DNA from: Eubacteriales bacterium
GTDB taxonomy: Bacteria > Bacillota > Clostridia > Oscillospirales > CAG-272
DNA length: 59,294 nt
Direction: 5' to 3'
Assembly: GCA_045576795.1 (NCBI GenBank)
Contig: JAZNHE010000109.1
Location: 1 to 59,294 of the forward strand
Below are positions 47,700-59,209 of this stretch, one piece after another. Position 1 is the stretch's first letter. Each line of letters begins with the position of its first letter. The position numbers and the translations under genes are program-made. The notes beneath the pieces were generated by a model. It was not told the origin of the DNA. It saw only the letters and a program-made list of their open reading frames with translations, and searched no databases.

Positions 47700-48593
47700 G
47701 TGTCTTTTTCGCAGGAGCAGAAAAAAGATATAATCGCTCAACCGATAAAAGCGAGCTGCTGCAAAAGAGCTTTGCTTCAAGGATTATTGGCAACCAAGGG
47801 CGTTGTGGATGACGGTGTTGTCACTCTTTCACTTGACGGCGCTGAAATTGTGGAATACGTATCCGAGCTTATACCGGAGATCTACTCAAAAACGCCCGAT
47901 ATATTAACCTCAAAAAATGGTGGCAGACGAAAAATCATAAGCTTTCAGAGCAAATCAGCGGGGCAGTATATTACCTCTTTTTGTTCGGGGGATGTGACAT
48001 ACTCGGAAAAATGTCCGACATGCAGATCTAATTTTTTGAGGGGGATGTTCCTTGCATCCGGCAGAGTAAGTGATCCTGCCAAGCAATACTCACTTGAATT
48101 TTCGGTTAAAGACAGAGAAGAGAGAGTGATGCAATTGTTCAACGATCTCGGAATAGTGGTAAAGGTATCTAAGAAATCCAATGAAACCTTGATTTACGTA
48201 AGGAACTCGGAAATAATTGAAGACTTTTTTGCAATGGCAGGAATGAATAATGCCGCGTTTGATATTATGAACGCTAAAATTCAAGGAGATTTAAGGAATA
48301 CCGCAAATCGAATTGCTAATTGCGAAACGAATAATATAGACAGAGCGGTATCCGCATCAATTCCACAAATCGCATTGATAGGCGAGCTTATAGATAGGGG
48401 ATTGATATCGCTCTTACCGGAAGAGCTTGAAATGACGGCGCGATTCAGATATGAGAATGACAGTATGTCTTTATCTCAATTGGCAGGTGCTATTACACCT
48501 CCGATATCAAAATCGGGATTGTCGCATAGATTGAAGAAAATAACAGAAATGGCAGAGGTTTTGCTGAAAAAAGGCAGCATAACCGATATTTAA
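47700..48593 (+). CDS. whiA: DNA-binding protein WhiA
   Basis: SFS...K, FLRG.FLASG..SDP, NR.ANCE..N, SL..L, SKSG..HRL; GTG start after GGAGG. Confidence 0.92.
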   Translation: MSFSQEQKKDIIAQPIKASCCKRALLQGLLATKGVVDDGVVTLSLDGAEIVEYVSELIPEIYSKTPDILTSKNGGRRKIISFQSKSAGQYITSFCSGDVTYSEKCPTCRSNFLRGMFLASGRVSDPAKQYSLEFSVKDREERVMQLFNDLGIVVKVSKKSNETLIYVRNSEIIEDFFAMAGMNNAAFDIMNAKIQGDLRNTANRIANCETNNIDRAVSASIPQIALIGELIDRGLISLLPEELEMTARFRYENDSMSLSQLAGAITPPISKSGLSHRLKKITEMAEVLLKKGSITDI

Positions 48594-48617
48594 TAATTTT
48601 GAGAAAGGAAGTGCTTT

Positions 48618-51600
48618 ATGGGAAAATTTGTTCATCTTCATCTTCATACCGAATATAGCTTGCTTGATGGCGCAACGAGAATTTCGACGATTGCTGATAA
48701 AGCGCTTTCCGATGGACAGACGGCTGTTGCCATTACGGATCACGGTGTAATGTACGGAGCAGTGGAATTTTACAACGCAATGAAAGAGAAGGGAATAAAG
48801 CCTATAATCGGTTGTGAACTTTACGTTGCCGCGAGAAGCCGTTTTTTGAAAGAAGGAAAAACCGATAGCTCGGGATATCATATGATTTTGTTGTGCAAAA
48901 ACGAAATCGGATATAAAAACCTTTGTTATATGGTTTCCGAGAGCTTTATAAACGGTTTTTACTCAAAGCCCCGCATAGATATGGACCTTCTTCGCGCACA
49001 TCATGACGGACTTATAGCTCTTTCCGGATGTGTGGGAGGATATATACCTCAGTTGATACTTGCAGGGAGTATGTCAGAGGCAGAGGATTATGCCGCTGAG
49101 ATGAAGAGCCTATTTGGCGATGATTTTTATCTTGAGGTGCAGAATCACGGCCTTGATGATGAGCGCAGAGTTGCATACGGACTTAAGCTCATAGGACAGA
49201 AGCTTGGAATAGAGCTTGTCGCTACCAATGATGTTCACTATCTTGAAAAAAGTGATGCGGATATACAGGCGACGTTGATGTGTGTACAGACAAACAATGT
49301 TATTACCGATGGCAGACCCTTTGGATTTGAAACCGATGAGTTTTACTTTAAGACAGCAGAGGAAATGCAGACTCTGTTTTCATCCTTTGACGGTGCTATC
49401 GAGAACACTGTGAAGATTGCGGATAAGTGCAATTTCGATTTCACGTTTAATCAGCTTCATCTTCCTGACTTTGAGCCCGAAGACGGTTCAACACACAAGG
49501 AAAAGCTACGTTCAGACACTTATCGTGGATTTGCCGCGCTTGCGGAAAAGGGTAGATTTGACTTCACTAAAAATTCAAGTGATGTCTATATTGAGAGAAT
49601 AGAGTATGAGCTGTCAATAATTGATAAAATGGGCTTCAATGCTTACTTCTTAATTGTGAGTGACTTCGTTTCATTTGCAAAAAAGAGAGATATACCCGTA
49701 GGCCCCGGAAGAGGCTCCGGCGCAGGAAGCTTAGTAGCATTTTGCATAGGAATTACAGACGTTGATCCTATAGCATTTGATTTGCTGTTTGAGAGATTCC
49801 TTAATCCAGAAAGAGTATCAATGCCGGACTTTGATATAGATTTTTGTTACAACAGGCGTGAAGAAGTTATCGAGTACGTCAAGCGTAAATATGGTGAAGA
49901 CAAGGTTGCTCAAATAGTTACCTTTGGAACTCTGGCACCGCGTATGGCTGTACGTGATGTTGGACGTGCACTCGGAATGCCGTATAACAAGGTGGATACC
50001 ATCGCCAAGATGATATCCTTCGATGCTTCGAGCATAGATGATGCTCTGAAAAATAAGGATCTGCGTAAAGAGTATATTGAGGACAGTGAGGTAAGAAATC
50101 TTATTGACGTCAGCAGAGGTGTTGAGGGAATGCCTCGACATGCATCAACTCATGCCGCGGGCGTAGTTATTACCAAGGCTCCAACCTGGGAATATGTTCC
50201 GCTCTCCTACAGTGGTACAGGTGTTGTTACACAATTTGATATGAATACCGATGCCGCTCTCGGACTTGTAAAGTTTGATTTCCTGGGATTGAGATATATC
50301 ACTGTGCTTCATGATGCAGAGATGCTCATAAGAAAGCGAGAGCCGGATTTTGATCTATCCCGTGTTCCGTTTGATGACAAGAAGACCTTTAAGCTTTTAA
50401 GCGATGCAAAGACTGACGGAGTATTTCAACTTGAGTCGGGCGGTATGAAGGCTGTTCTTTCAAGACTTGAGCCCTCCTGCTTTGAGGATATAATAGCATG
50501 TATTGCATTGTTCAGACCGGGTCCTATGGATTCAATAGACAAGTTTATTGCCAGAAAGAATGGCAAAGAGGATATTGAATACGAAATTCCCGAGCTTGCC
50601 GAGATTCTTGACGTAACCTACGGTTGTATCGTTTATCAAGAACAGGTAATGCAGATTTGTCGCAAGCTTGCCGGATATTCTTATGCAAGAGCGGATATAG
50701 TTCGGAGAGCTATGTCAAAGAAGAAGGTTTCTGCTATGCAGGCGGAAAGAGAAGCGTTTATCAACGGATGCGTTGGTAATGGCGTTTCGGAGGCGGCCGC
50801 ATCGAATATATTTGATGAGATGCTCGGATTTGCAAAATACGCGTTCAATAAGAGCCACGCAACCGTATATGGCGTTACTTCGTATAGAACTGCTTACCTG
50901 AAGGCGCATTATCCGGCAGAATACTTCTCCGCGTTGCTTTCAAGCGTTCTTGATAATTCAAAGAAGCTTAAGGAATATATAGCCGATGCGCAAAAGTTCG
51001 GTGTAAGCGTTCTTCCGCCGGATATTAATTTGAGCGAAAGTGATTTTACCGTAAGCGACGGAAATATCAGGTTTGGATTGCTTGCTATCAAAAATGTGGG
51101 CAAGATTTTTGCAAATACCGTAGTTTCCACAAGGGAAAGCGGCAAATTCGAGTCCTTTGACAACTTTGTTACCCGTATGCCCGCTCATGAGCTGAACAAG
51201 AGAACTGTTGAATCACTGATAAAATGCGGTGTATTCGATTCCCTTGGTGTCAACAGAAACTCTCTGTTAAGCGTATATGAGGGAATACTTGATTTCGAGT
51301 TAAATCTTAAGCATTCAAATATTGCCGGACAGTTTGATTTATTTTCACTCGCGGCAAATGAAATAGATGCGCCCGTATATGACTATCCGTCACTTCCGGA
51401 GTTTTCACTTAAAGAGCTTATGATTCTTGAAAAAGAAAGCTCGGGAATGTATTTCTCGGGACATATGGTAGACAATTACTCATATCATATAGCAAAGCTT
51501 GGCGTAGATAAGATATCGGATATTATTGCCGCATATGCAGATGATTCTCCCACAATTGACGAGAGATATCGCGACAGGGCTGAGGTTAAGATTGCAGGAA

Positions 51601-52088
51601 TAATATCAGCAAAAAAGACCAAGGCTACTAAGAATGGATCAACTATGGCTTTCCTTACTTTGGAGGACAGGCTTGGTGAAATTGAGGTAATAGTGTTTGC
51701 GAAGCAATACGCACTTTACTCCGAGGAGTTGTTTACTGATAATGCCGTTGCTATTGTCGGAAACGTTTCTTCTGAGGACGACGAGGACCCGAAGGTAATT
51801 CTTTCAAGAGTCGAGCCATTGTTACCAAATACCAATATCGAGCAAGGTGTTTCCAAAACAGAGAAGGCAAATAAGTATATTTATATCAGAGTGCCTGATC
51901 AGAAGGATGAGCGCATACCGCTTATTTACAGAGTTTCAGGACTAAACCGTGGACAAACCCAAATAGTTCTTTTTGATGACAGTACGAGAAAGTCACTGGC
52001 TATGAAGAATATTTGTGTAGATCCATCCGAAAAGGTTATAAATAAGCTGAAAGAGATTTTCGGAGACGGTAACGTAGTGGTTAAATGA
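48618..52088 (+). CDS. dnaE: DNA polymerase III alpha subunit
   Basis: HLHLHTEYSLLDG PHP domain, GPGRGSGAGS, FERFLNPER.SMPDFDIDF, HAAGVV, KFDFLGL, YAFNKSH. Confidence 0.98.
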   Translation: MGKFVHLHLHTEYSLLDGATRISTIADKALSDGQTAVAITDHGVMYGAVEFYNAMKEKGIKPIIGCELYVAARSRFLKEGKTDSSGYHMILLCKNEIGYKNLCYMVSESFINGFYSKPRIDMDLLRAHHDGLIALSGCVGGYIPQLILAGSMSEAEDYAAEMKSLFGDDFYLEVQNHGLDDERRVAYGLKLIGQKLGIELVATNDVHYLEKSDADIQATLMCVQTNNVITDGRPFGFETDEFYFKTAEEMQTLFSSFDGAIENTVKIADKCNFDFTFNQLHLPDFEPEDGSTHKEKLRSDTYRGFAALAEKGRFDFTKNSSDVYIERIEYELSIIDKMGFNAYFLIVSDFVSFAKKRDIPVGPGRGSGAGSLVAFCIGITDVDPIAFDLLFERFLNPERVSMPDFDIDFCYNRREEVIEYVKRKYGEDKVAQIVTFGTLAPRMAVRDVGRALGMPYNKVDTIAKMISFDASSIDDALKNKDLRKEYIEDSEVRNLIDVSRGVEGMPRHASTHAAGVVITKAPTWEYVPLSYSGTGVVTQFDMNTDAALGLVKFDFLGLRYITVLHDAEMLIRKREPDFDLSRVPFDDKKTFKLLSDAKTDGVFQLESGGMKAVLSRLEPSCFEDIIACIALFRPGPMDSIDKFIARKNGKEDIEYEIPELAEILDVTYGCIVYQEQVMQICRKLAGYSYARADIVRRAMSKKKVSAMQAEREAFINGCVGNGVSEAAASNIFDEMLGFAKYAFNKSHATVYGVTSYRTAYLKAHYPAEYFSALLSSVLDNSKKLKEYIADAQKFGVSVLPPDINLSESDFTVSDGNIRFGLLAIKNVGKIFANTVVSTRESGKFESFDNFVTRMPAHELNKRTVESLIKCGVFDSLGVNRNSLLSVYEGILDFELNLKHSNIAGQFDLFSLAANEIDAPVYDYPSLPEFSLKELMILEKESSGMYFSGHMVDNYSYHIAKLGVDKISDIIAAYADDSPTIDERYRDRAEVKIAGIISAKKTKATKNGSTMAFLTLEDRLGEIEVIVFAKQYALYSEELFTDNAVAIVGNVSSEDDEDPKVILSRVEPLLPNTNIEQGVSKTEKANKYIYIRVPDQKDERIPLIYRVSGLNRGQTQIVLFDDSTRKSLAMKNICVDPSEKVINKLKEIFGDGNVVVK

Positions 52089-52109
52089 TTTAAAAAGGAA
52101 GGTTCGTAT

Positions 52110-52808
52110 ATGTTTTTTAATATTTTGTTTGACATTGTTATATTGAGCTTTATAGTTTTAGGCGGAATATACGGTGTCAAAAAGGGATTTATAAGTGCTA
52201 TTGCAAGACCTGTTAAGAAGATTTCTTCTATAGTATTGGCTATGGTACTTGCAAACCCTATTGGAAATGCCTTGATATCTCCTATTATCGGACCGGCAAT
52301 TTCACATAAGGTTAGTGACATCCTTGTAGAAAAATATTCAAATGTTCTTGCATCGTCAGCAAATGAGTCACTGCCTACGGTTATAAGATTTGCCGCAAGC
52401 GCAGCAGGATTAAATCTTGCTGAGTCGGCAACCACAGCCGATGGGAAGATTTTGATGGAGCAGATTGCGGATTCTGTCACAGCACCGATTGTCAACATCC
52501 TTGCCGTAGCGGCTGGATTTGTTGTAGCTTTCTTTATAGTAAAAACTCTGCTCGGTATTTTGTTCGCTTTTCTTGATAAAAAGGCAAAAAAAGAAAATGG
52601 TACATTGAATAAGATGAATAAGGTATTAGGATGCATTTTTGCGGTGCTGCTTTCACTCGCTATCGCTTGGTGCTTTACCGTGTCCATAGAGTTCTTCTTC
52701 AATATTCCTATATTGGCAAAGGCAAATGTGATTGATAAGTTCACGGGTGGTCCCGTATATAAGTTATTCAAATCCATTTCGCCACTCGAATTGTTATTAA
52801 GTTTTTAG
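52110..52808 (+). CDS. CvpA-like membrane protein
   Basis: D.......G...G.KKGFI at the N-terminus, NK.LG before the last TM, several TM helices. Confidence 0.75.
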   Translation: MFFNILFDIVILSFIVLGGIYGVKKGFISAIARPVKKISSIVLAMVLANPIGNALISPIIGPAISHKVSDILVEKYSNVLASSANESLPTVIRFAASAAGLNLAESATTADGKILMEQIADSVTAPIVNILAVAAGFVVAFFIVKTLLGILFAFLDKKAKKENGTLNKMNKVLGCIFAVLLSLAIAWCFTVSIEFFFNIPILAKANVIDKFTGGPVYKLFKSISPLELLLSF

Positions 52809-52819
52809 TAGGTGTTTAG

Positions 52820-55102
52820 ATGAGATTACAAGTTTGTGCCAGATGTAAAAAAAGACCTGCAATGGTCTATATTACAAGGCTTGAAAATGATAAACAGGTT
52901 AATGAGGGGCTTTGCTTGGTATGTGCGCAAGAGCTGGGAATTAAGCCTGTTAACGATATACTCGCTCGTATGGGTATAGATGAAAATGAAATAGAAGGTA
53001 TGCTGGACGATCTCGGTAGTAATCTGCCCGAAATTATGGGTGATGAAGCTGATACTCCGGATACAAAGGTGCCAACCCTTAATCTTTCAGAGCTTTTCAA
53101 TATGGATGGCGGCAGAGATAGATCAAAGGGCGGCAGAAAGTCTGAAAAGGCATCTGCCAAAGTGCCGGAGCATAAGAATTTGGAACAGTTTTGCACAAAT
53201 CTCAATGAGAAGGCAAGAGCAGGCAAAATTGATGATCTTATAGGCAGAGACCGTGAGATAGACAGAATTATACAGATTCTCTCGCGCCGTCAAAAAAACA
53301 ATCCTTGTCTTATTGGTGAACCAGGTGTGGGCAAGACTGCAATTGCCGAGGAGCTTGCAAAACGAATTGTTGAAGGAAGAGTTCCTACGCCATTACTCGG
53401 ACTTGAGATATGGATGCTTGACTTGACGTCGCTTGTTGCCGGCACTCAATTCAGAGGACAGTTCGAATCCCGAATTCTCGGCCTTTTGAAGGAGATAAAG
53501 GCGGCAGGAAATATTATCCTCATGATCGATGAGGTCCATAATATTGCAGGTGCAGGTGAGACGTCTGACGGAAGCATGAGTGCGGCAAATCTTCTCAAGC
53601 CCGCGCTATCACGCGGAGAGATTCGCGTTATCGGTGCTACTACACTCAAGGAGTATCGTAAGCATATCGAGAAGGATTCAGCACTTGAAAGACGTTTCCA
53701 ACCCGTCAAGGTTGAGGAGCCATCAGTTGACGAGACTGTGGAGATAATCAAGGGAATTAAGAAGTATTATGAGGGCTTCCATGGATTAAATATTTCCGAT
53801 GAGGTTGCTCGTGCCGCAGCAATACTGTCAGAAAAATACATCACTGACAGATTTTTACCCGATAAAGCAATTGACCTCATTGATGAGGCTTCCGCCAAGG
53901 TTGCGCTTTCTTCAGCAGAGCTCAACGAGTATAAGCAGGTAAAAGGAAATGCCGTATCTGTTGATTCTAAGATTGCCGAGCTTGAGGCAAAGCTTGAAAA
54001 TCCCGATGGAAGAACCGAGGAAAATTACGCGGCTATTGCGGAGCTGAGAGCTGAAAAAATCAGACTTGATGCAAGAATAGAAGAGCTCGTGAGTGTCCTT
54101 AAATCACTTTGTGTTGAAATTCCCGATCTTCTTAAGGTTGTAGAAATATGGACAGGCATTCCGGCGAGTGATTTGAGCGTTGGAGATTTGGAGAATCTTT
54201 CCGGACTCGGTGAGCGTATTTCTGCTCGTATAATCGGACAGGAAGAAGCCGTTAGTGCGGTAGTAAGAGCTGTGAGAAGAAAGAGGGCGGGTGTTTCATA
54301 TAGAAACAATCCCGTATCAATGATATTTGCCGGCCCTACGGGTGTTGGAAAAACCGAGCTTGTCAAGGTTCTTGCCGCAGATCTGTTTAAGCAGCCCGAA
54401 TCTCTGATACGACTTGATATGTCCGAATTTATGGAGAAACATTCGGTATCAAGAATTATCGGATCTCCCCCCGGTTATGTCGGTTATGATGAGGCCGGAC
54501 AGCTCACCGAGAAGATCAGAAGAAGACCGTACTCGGTAGTTCTCTTTGATGAGATAGAAAAGGCGCATCCCGATGTTTTGAATGTTTTACTGCAGATACT
54601 TGATGATGGCAAAATTACAGATGCGCAAGGCAGAGAAATCAATTTTGCAAACACGATAATTATCTTGACTACCAACGCCGGTAGCGAGCGCAGTAATGCA
54701 GTTTCTGGATTTTCGACAGATAGACAGGTGCAGAATGAAGATAGAGTGGAAAAAGCACTGCAGAAATTCCTTCGTCCCGAATTCCTTAACCGTATAGATG
54801 AAGTAATTACATTCAGACACCTTGACGTATCTGATTTTGTAAAGATAGCTGGAATTATGATGCGACAGCTCTCCGATCACCTTATCGAGAAGGGCATCAA
54901 GCTTACGTATACCGATGCAGTTCTTAAGATAATTGCAGAAAAATCATATTCCGAGAAATACGGCGCACGCAATATGCGCAGATATATCGAAAAGAATGTT
55001 GAAGACAAGATTGCAAATATTATAATTGACACCTTACCCGATAAGGTTTATGCAATTGCCATGACCTCGTCAAAGGGTGAGATTAAATTTGATTCTATGT
55101 AA
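52820..55102 (+). CDS. ATP-dependent Clp protease ATPase subunit (ClpC/ClpE type, N-terminal Zn finger)
   Basis: CARC...CLVC N-terminus; two AAA+ modules ([16 protein letters not shown]); RYLPDKAID-like motif; GSPPGYVGY. Confidence 0.93.
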   Translation: MRLQVCARCKKRPAMVYITRLENDKQVNEGLCLVCAQELGIKPVNDILARMGIDENEIEGMLDDLGSNLPEIMGDEADTPDTKVPTLNLSELFNMDGGRDRSKGGRKSEKASAKVPEHKNLEQFCTNLNEKARAGKIDDLIGRDREIDRIIQILSRRQKNNPCLIGEPGVGKTAIAEELAKRIVEGRVPTPLLGLEIWMLDLTSLVAGTQFRGQFESRILGLLKEIKAAGNIILMIDEVHNIAGAGETSDGSMSAANLLKPALSRGEIRVIGATTLKEYRKHIEKDSALERRFQPVKVEEPSVDETVEIIKGIKKYYEGFHGLNISDEVARAAAILSEKYITDRFLPDKAIDLIDEASAKVALSSAELNEYKQVKGNAVSVDSKIAELEAKLENPDGRTEENYAAIAELRAEKIRLDARIEELVSVLKSLCVEIPDLLKVVEIWTGIPASDLSVGDLENLSGLGERISARIIGQEEAVSAVVRAVRRKRAGVSYRNNPVSMIFAGPTGVGKTELVKVLAADLFKQPESLIRLDMSEFMEKHSVSRIIGSPPGYVGYDEAGQLTEKIRRRPYSVVLFDEIEKAHPDVLNVLLQILDDGKITDAQGREINFANTIIILTTNAGSERSNAVSGFSTDRQVQNEDRVEKALQKFLRPEFLNRIDEVITFRHLDVSDFVKIAGIMMRQLSDHLIEKGIKLTYTDAVLKIIAEKSYSEKYGARNMRRYIEKNVEDKIANIIIDTLPDKVYAIAMTSSKGEIKFDSM

Positions 55103-55116
55103 AAGGAGAAATAGTA

Positions 55117-55935
55117 ATGGGATGTTCACATGATTGCTCAAACTGCTCTGAGAAATGCTCAAAGGAATCGCTTCTTGCACCTCAGAATCAGGCGAGCAAT
55201 GTTAAACACGTTATAGGAATCGTTAGCGGAAAGGGAGGAGTAGGCAAGTCCCTTGTTACTTCAATGCTTGCGGTTACTATGAGAAGAAGAGGATATAAGA
55301 CAGCTATTCTTGATGCGGATATAACAGGTCCGTCTATTCCTAAATCCTTCGGACTTAAAACCGGAACCGTGCAGAGTAATGAGCTTGGTATGTTTCCGCC
55401 TGTAACAAAGACAGGAATTGAGGTAATGAGCCTTAATCTTCTTGTTGATGATGAAACCAAGCCTGTAGTTTGGCGCGGTCCCGTAATTGCAAATGCTGTA
55501 AAGCAATTCTGGTCTGAGGTGGTATGGAATGACGTAGATTATATGTTCGTCGATATGCCTCCCGGAACAGGTGACGTTCCTCTTACCGTCTTTCAGAGCT
55601 TGCCTCTTGACGGTATAGTCATCGTTACCAGTCCTCAGGAACTGGTTTCTATGATAGTTGAAAAAGCAGTTAATATGGCATCACTTATGGATATAGACGT
55701 TATCGGATTGATTGAGAATTACAGCTATATCGTATGTCCTGATTGCGGAAAGGTTATAAGACCTTACGGAGAAAGCCATATTAATGAGCTTGCCGATAAG
55801 TATAATACTGCGGTTCTTGCTCAGCTTCCGATTGATCCGGAACTCGCATCGTTATGCGATAAGGGTGTCATTGAATTGTTTGAAGGCGAGTATTTGGAAT
55901 CTGCCGCAGACCTTATAGAAAAGAATTTTAATTAA
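55117..55935 (+). CDS. Mrp/NBP35 Fe-S cluster carrier ATPase
   Basis: N-terminal Cys cluster, SGKGGVGKS, DADITGPS, WRGP, DMPPGTGD, CPDC. Confidence 0.93.
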   Translation: MGCSHDCSNCSEKCSKESLLAPQNQASNVKHVIGIVSGKGGVGKSLVTSMLAVTMRRRGYKTAILDADITGPSIPKSFGLKTGTVQSNELGMFPPVTKTGIEVMSLNLLVDDETKPVVWRGPVIANAVKQFWSEVVWNDVDYMFVDMPPGTGDVPLTVFQSLPLDGIVIVTSPQELVSMIVEKAVNMASLMDIDVIGLIENYSYIVCPDCGKVIRPYGESHINELADKYNTAVLAQLPIDPELASLCDKGVIELFEGEYLESAADLIEKNFN

Positions 55936-55973
55936 GAACGGATACTGCGAAGTATTCGACATAGGAGTAGGAT

Positions 55974-56480
55974 ATGGCATTTACGCTTATACCAGAATAC
56001 TACTTTAAGACGTTTGATGAGGCTGATGTCGATTTTCTTCTCGGCATTGGGGTGAGGGGCGTGGTTATGGATGTTGATAACACGCTTGAGCCGTACGAAA
56101 ACCCATTGCCCGGGGAGAATGTTTTGCGCTGGCTTGAATCTCTGCATAAGAACGGTATAATGACTGCAATTGTCTCAAACAACGATGCTGAACGTATAAA
56201 CCTCTTTAACAAGGATTTGAATATGCCGGCATATTTTAAGGCAAAAAAACCATTTAAGAAAAACATCCTCAAGGCAATGAAGGATATGGGGACAGATGCG
56301 GAGAATACCATATTTATCGGTGACCAGGTGTTTACCGATGTATGGGCAGCACACAATGCGGGGATCAGAGCTATACTTGTTCCTCCTATTAAGGATAAAA
56401 CAGATGTGCTAACAAAATTCAAACGGGTCTTAGAAAAACCAATACTCAAGAAATATTGTAAAAAACAAGCTTTAGAATAA
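55974..56480 (+). CDS. YqeG-family HAD IIIA phosphatase
   Basis: DVDNTL, VSNN, AKKP, IGDQVFTDV. Confidence 0.9.
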   Translation: MAFTLIPEYYFKTFDEADVDFLLGIGVRGVVMDVDNTLEPYENPLPGENVLRWLESLHKNGIMTAIVSNNDAERINLFNKDLNMPAYFKAKKPFKKNILKAMKDMGTDAENTIFIGDQVFTDVWAAHNAGIRAILVPPIKDKTDVLTKFKRVLEKPILKKYCKKQALE

Positions 56481-56504
56481 AGCAGAAAGCTTATGAGGGA
56501 ATAA

Positions 56505-57350
56505 ATGAACGCAAAATTTGGTCCGGGAGGCAATAGCGATGCCTTCAAAGCGGCAGGCTTCTCATCTACGGTAGATGCGCCTGCTTGGCTTTCCTCCATA
56601 GGCCTTGACGCCTATGAATACGAAGCCGGAAACGGTCTTATGGCAGGACCGTCAACCCTTGCAGCTATTGGCAGAGAAGCTGCAAAGTTTGGAATAAGCA
56701 TGTCATACCACACACCTTATTTTATATCTTTGTCGGGTGTTGTTGAAGAAAAAAGACTGAAAAGTGTGGAATATATCCGACAAAGTATTGAGGCGGCGCG
56801 TTTGATAGGAGCAAACACTATTGTAGTACATTGTGGCTCCTGTGCAAAGATAAGTCGCGATGAGGCTATGCGCCTTGCCGCAGATACGCTTGTTAAGACA
56901 ATATCAAGCGTTAATACATACGGCATCCATATAGGGCTTGAAACTATGGGCAAAATTAATCAGCTTGGAACACTTGATGAGGTTCTTGAGCTTTGCAGAA
57001 TAGACTCTTGTCTTGTTCCTGTCGTTGATTTTGGACATTTGAATGCAAGAGGACTTGGAAAGGTATTTAAAAAGCCGGATGATTATTTGAGGGTATTTGA
57101 TAAAATATCCAATTGTATTGATGCGTACGTCGCGGAAAATCTTCATTGTCATTTTTCTAAAATAGAGTACACCTCCGCCGGAGAAAAAAGACATTTAACA
57201 TTTGAGGATACGGTGTACGGCCCTCCGTATGAGCCGTTTATTGAAGCTATAATTAAAGGCGGTGTATCTCCTACGGTGATTTGTGAATCCGCAGGCACTC
57301 AGTCTATGGATGCTTTAACTATGAAAACACTCTACAGGTCAATAGTGTGA
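56505..57350 (+). CDS. nfo: Endonuclease IV-like (AP endonuclease 2) TIM-barrel protein
   Basis: H.PY.ISL, VVH.G, ETMGK..QLG, DFGH.NAR, HCHFS.IEY...GE.RH, ICES. Confidence 0.8.
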   Translation: MNAKFGPGGNSDAFKAAGFSSTVDAPAWLSSIGLDAYEYEAGNGLMAGPSTLAAIGREAAKFGISMSYHTPYFISLSGVVEEKRLKSVEYIRQSIEAARLIGANTIVVHCGSCAKISRDEAMRLAADTLVKTISSVNTYGIHIGLETMGKINQLGTLDEVLELCRIDSCLVPVVDFGHLNARGLGKVFKKPDDYLRVFDKISNCIDAYVAENLHCHFSKIEYTSAGEKRHLTFEDTVYGPPYEPFIEAIIKGGVSPTVICESAGTQSMDALTMKTLYRSIV

Positions 57351-57361
57351 AAGGGAAGATT

Positions 57362-58426
57362 ATGAGTAAACTTATAAAACTTAGAAATAAAATGAAAGAT
57401 ATGGGAGTAGATGCGGCAATTGTGCTTGATGAATTAAATCAGCACTATCTTTCCGGATTTGCTTTTACAGACGGCGTCCTTCTTATAACACATACAAAGG
57501 CATACCTTGTGACGGATTTCAGATATTACGAGATGGCTATTCTTGGCGCTGATAAGCAGTTTGAGATAGTGATGCCCGATAACAGATCTGAATTTATAGA
57601 CAAGATGCTTGGAAATGAAGACTGTCAAATAGTAGGCTTTGAGGGGGGAACCGTATCCTATGATGTTTATCGCGGATACTGCGACGCACATCCGAATTTG
57701 AAATTTGAGAATATTGGCGACGCTATTGAGGTTATCCGTCAGATAAAGGATGCTGACGAGATAGAAAAAATGCAGAAGGCACAGGATATCACTGATTTGG
57801 CATTTTCTCACGTCATTAAGATGATAAACCGCAATATGACCGAGCTTGATGTTGCTGTTGAGCTTGAATACGCTATGAGAAAGAACGGTGCATCGGCATT
57901 TGCATTTGAAACCATTTCTGTATCGGGAGATGCATCCGCACTTCCTCACGGAACGCCAAGAAACGTGAAGCTGCGTGATGGATTTCTCACTATGGATTTT
58001 GGAGCTAAATTCGAGGGATATTGTTCCGATATGACAAGAACAATCGTTATAGGAAAAGCAGATGAAGAAATTACGAAGCTTTATAATACCGTACTCAGTG
58101 CGCAAACCGCCGCGCTTGAATATCTCAGAGCTGGAGCTGATTGCGGAGAGGCGGACAAAATCGCTCGCGATATAATCAACGTAGACTATAACGGTACGTT
58201 CGGACATTCTCTTGGACATTCAGTTGGACTTTTCATTCACGAAAAGCCCGGTCTTAATTCAAGAGCATTCGGCAGAAAGCTGAGGGTAGGTGAAATACTT
58301 ACCGTAGAGCCGGGTATTTACTTGTTTGGTAAGTACGGATGTCGAATAGAGGATATGGTAGCGATTACAGAGAACGGTATTCATAATTTCACTCATTCAA
58401 CGAAAGAGCTTATTGAAATTATATAA
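57362..58426 (+). CDS. Xaa-Pro aminopeptidase (M24)
   Basis: TDFRY, IK...EI, LPHG, DFGA...GYCSD.TRT, HSLGH.VGL.IHE, TVEPGIY, RIED. Confidence 0.93.
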   Translation: MSKLIKLRNKMKDMGVDAAIVLDELNQHYLSGFAFTDGVLLITHTKAYLVTDFRYYEMAILGADKQFEIVMPDNRSEFIDKMLGNEDCQIVGFEGGTVSYDVYRGYCDAHPNLKFENIGDAIEVIRQIKDADEIEKMQKAQDITDLAFSHVIKMINRNMTELDVAVELEYAMRKNGASAFAFETISVSGDASALPHGTPRNVKLRDGFLTMDFGAKFEGYCSDMTRTIVIGKADEEITKLYNTVLSAQTAALEYLRAGADCGEADKIARDIINVDYNGTFGHSLGHSVGLFIHEKPGLNSRAFGRKLRVGEILTVEPGIYLFGKYGCRIEDMVAITENGIHNFTHSTKELIEII

Positions 58427-58503
58427 AAATGTGATTTTGGCAGTCGACTTTGCATAAAAAACAGAAAATATTCGTTATTGACAAAAAATATTTCATTTAC
58501 CTA

Positions 58504-58532
58504 TTGCAAAATCTTTATTTTTTTGCTAAAAT
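58504..58532 (+). promoter_or_regulatory. Probable sigma-A promoter of efp
   Basis: TTGCAA-17-TAAAAT with extended TG. Confidence 0.6.
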
Positions 58533-58638
58533 ACTAATGTAATTTATGGGTTAGATGCTATTTTGCATTTTACCCGGGTATGATTCTGCCGTGACGGGTA
58601 AGAATTTAATAAAAAAGTCAGTAAAGGATGAATCAAAA

Positions 58639-59196
58639 ATGATTACAGCAGGTGATTTCAAAAACGGTCTTACCTTTGAGATGGAAGGTAAAGTTTATCA
58701 GGTAATCGAGTTCCAGCACGTTAAGCCCGGTAAGGGTGCTGCGTTCGTTAGAACCAAGAACAGAGATGTTGTTACCGGTGCTACTCGTGAGGCATCGTTC
58801 AACCCCACTGCAAAGTTTGAGAACGCTGTTATAGAGCGTCGTGATCTCGAGTATCTCTACTCTGACGGTGAGCTTTATTACTTCATGGATCCCGAGTCAT
58901 ACGAGCAGATTCCTCTCAATGCGGATAAGCTTGGCGACAACTTCAAGTTCGTTAAGGAAAACACAACTTGCCGTATTTGTTCTTGGAAGGGTAATGTATT
59001 TTCAGTTGAGCCCCCTACATTCGTAGAGCTTGCAGTTGTTGAGACTGAGCCCGGTGTTCGTGGTGATACAGCTACTAACGTTACTAAGCCCGCTACTCTT
59101 GAGACCGGTGCGGTTATTAAGGTTCCGATCTTCATTAACGAGGGTGATGTTCTCAGAATAGATACAAGAACAGGCGAGTATCTTGAGCGCGCATAA
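58639..59196 (+). CDS. efp: Elongation factor P
   Basis: [28 protein letters not shown]....KPA.LETG, VP.FI..G, DTR.G.Y..R. Start set at ATG 58639. Confidence 0.98.
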   Translation: MITAGDFKNGLTFEMEGKVYQVIEFQHVKPGKGAAFVRTKNRDVVTGATREASFNPTAKFENAVIERRDLEYLYSDGELYYFMDPESYEQIPLNADKLGDNFKFVKENTTCRICSWKGNVFSVEPPTFVELAVVETEPGVRGDTATNVTKPATLETGAVIKVPIFINEGDVLRIDTRTGEYLERA

Positions 59197-59209
59197 TCAA
59201 TGTTAATTT

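Noticed and set aside
58569-58602. TTACCCG/CGGGTAA hairpin in the efp leader as a regulatory RNA
   Set aside because: A single 7-bp stem with no recognisable motif; not supportable without comparative data.
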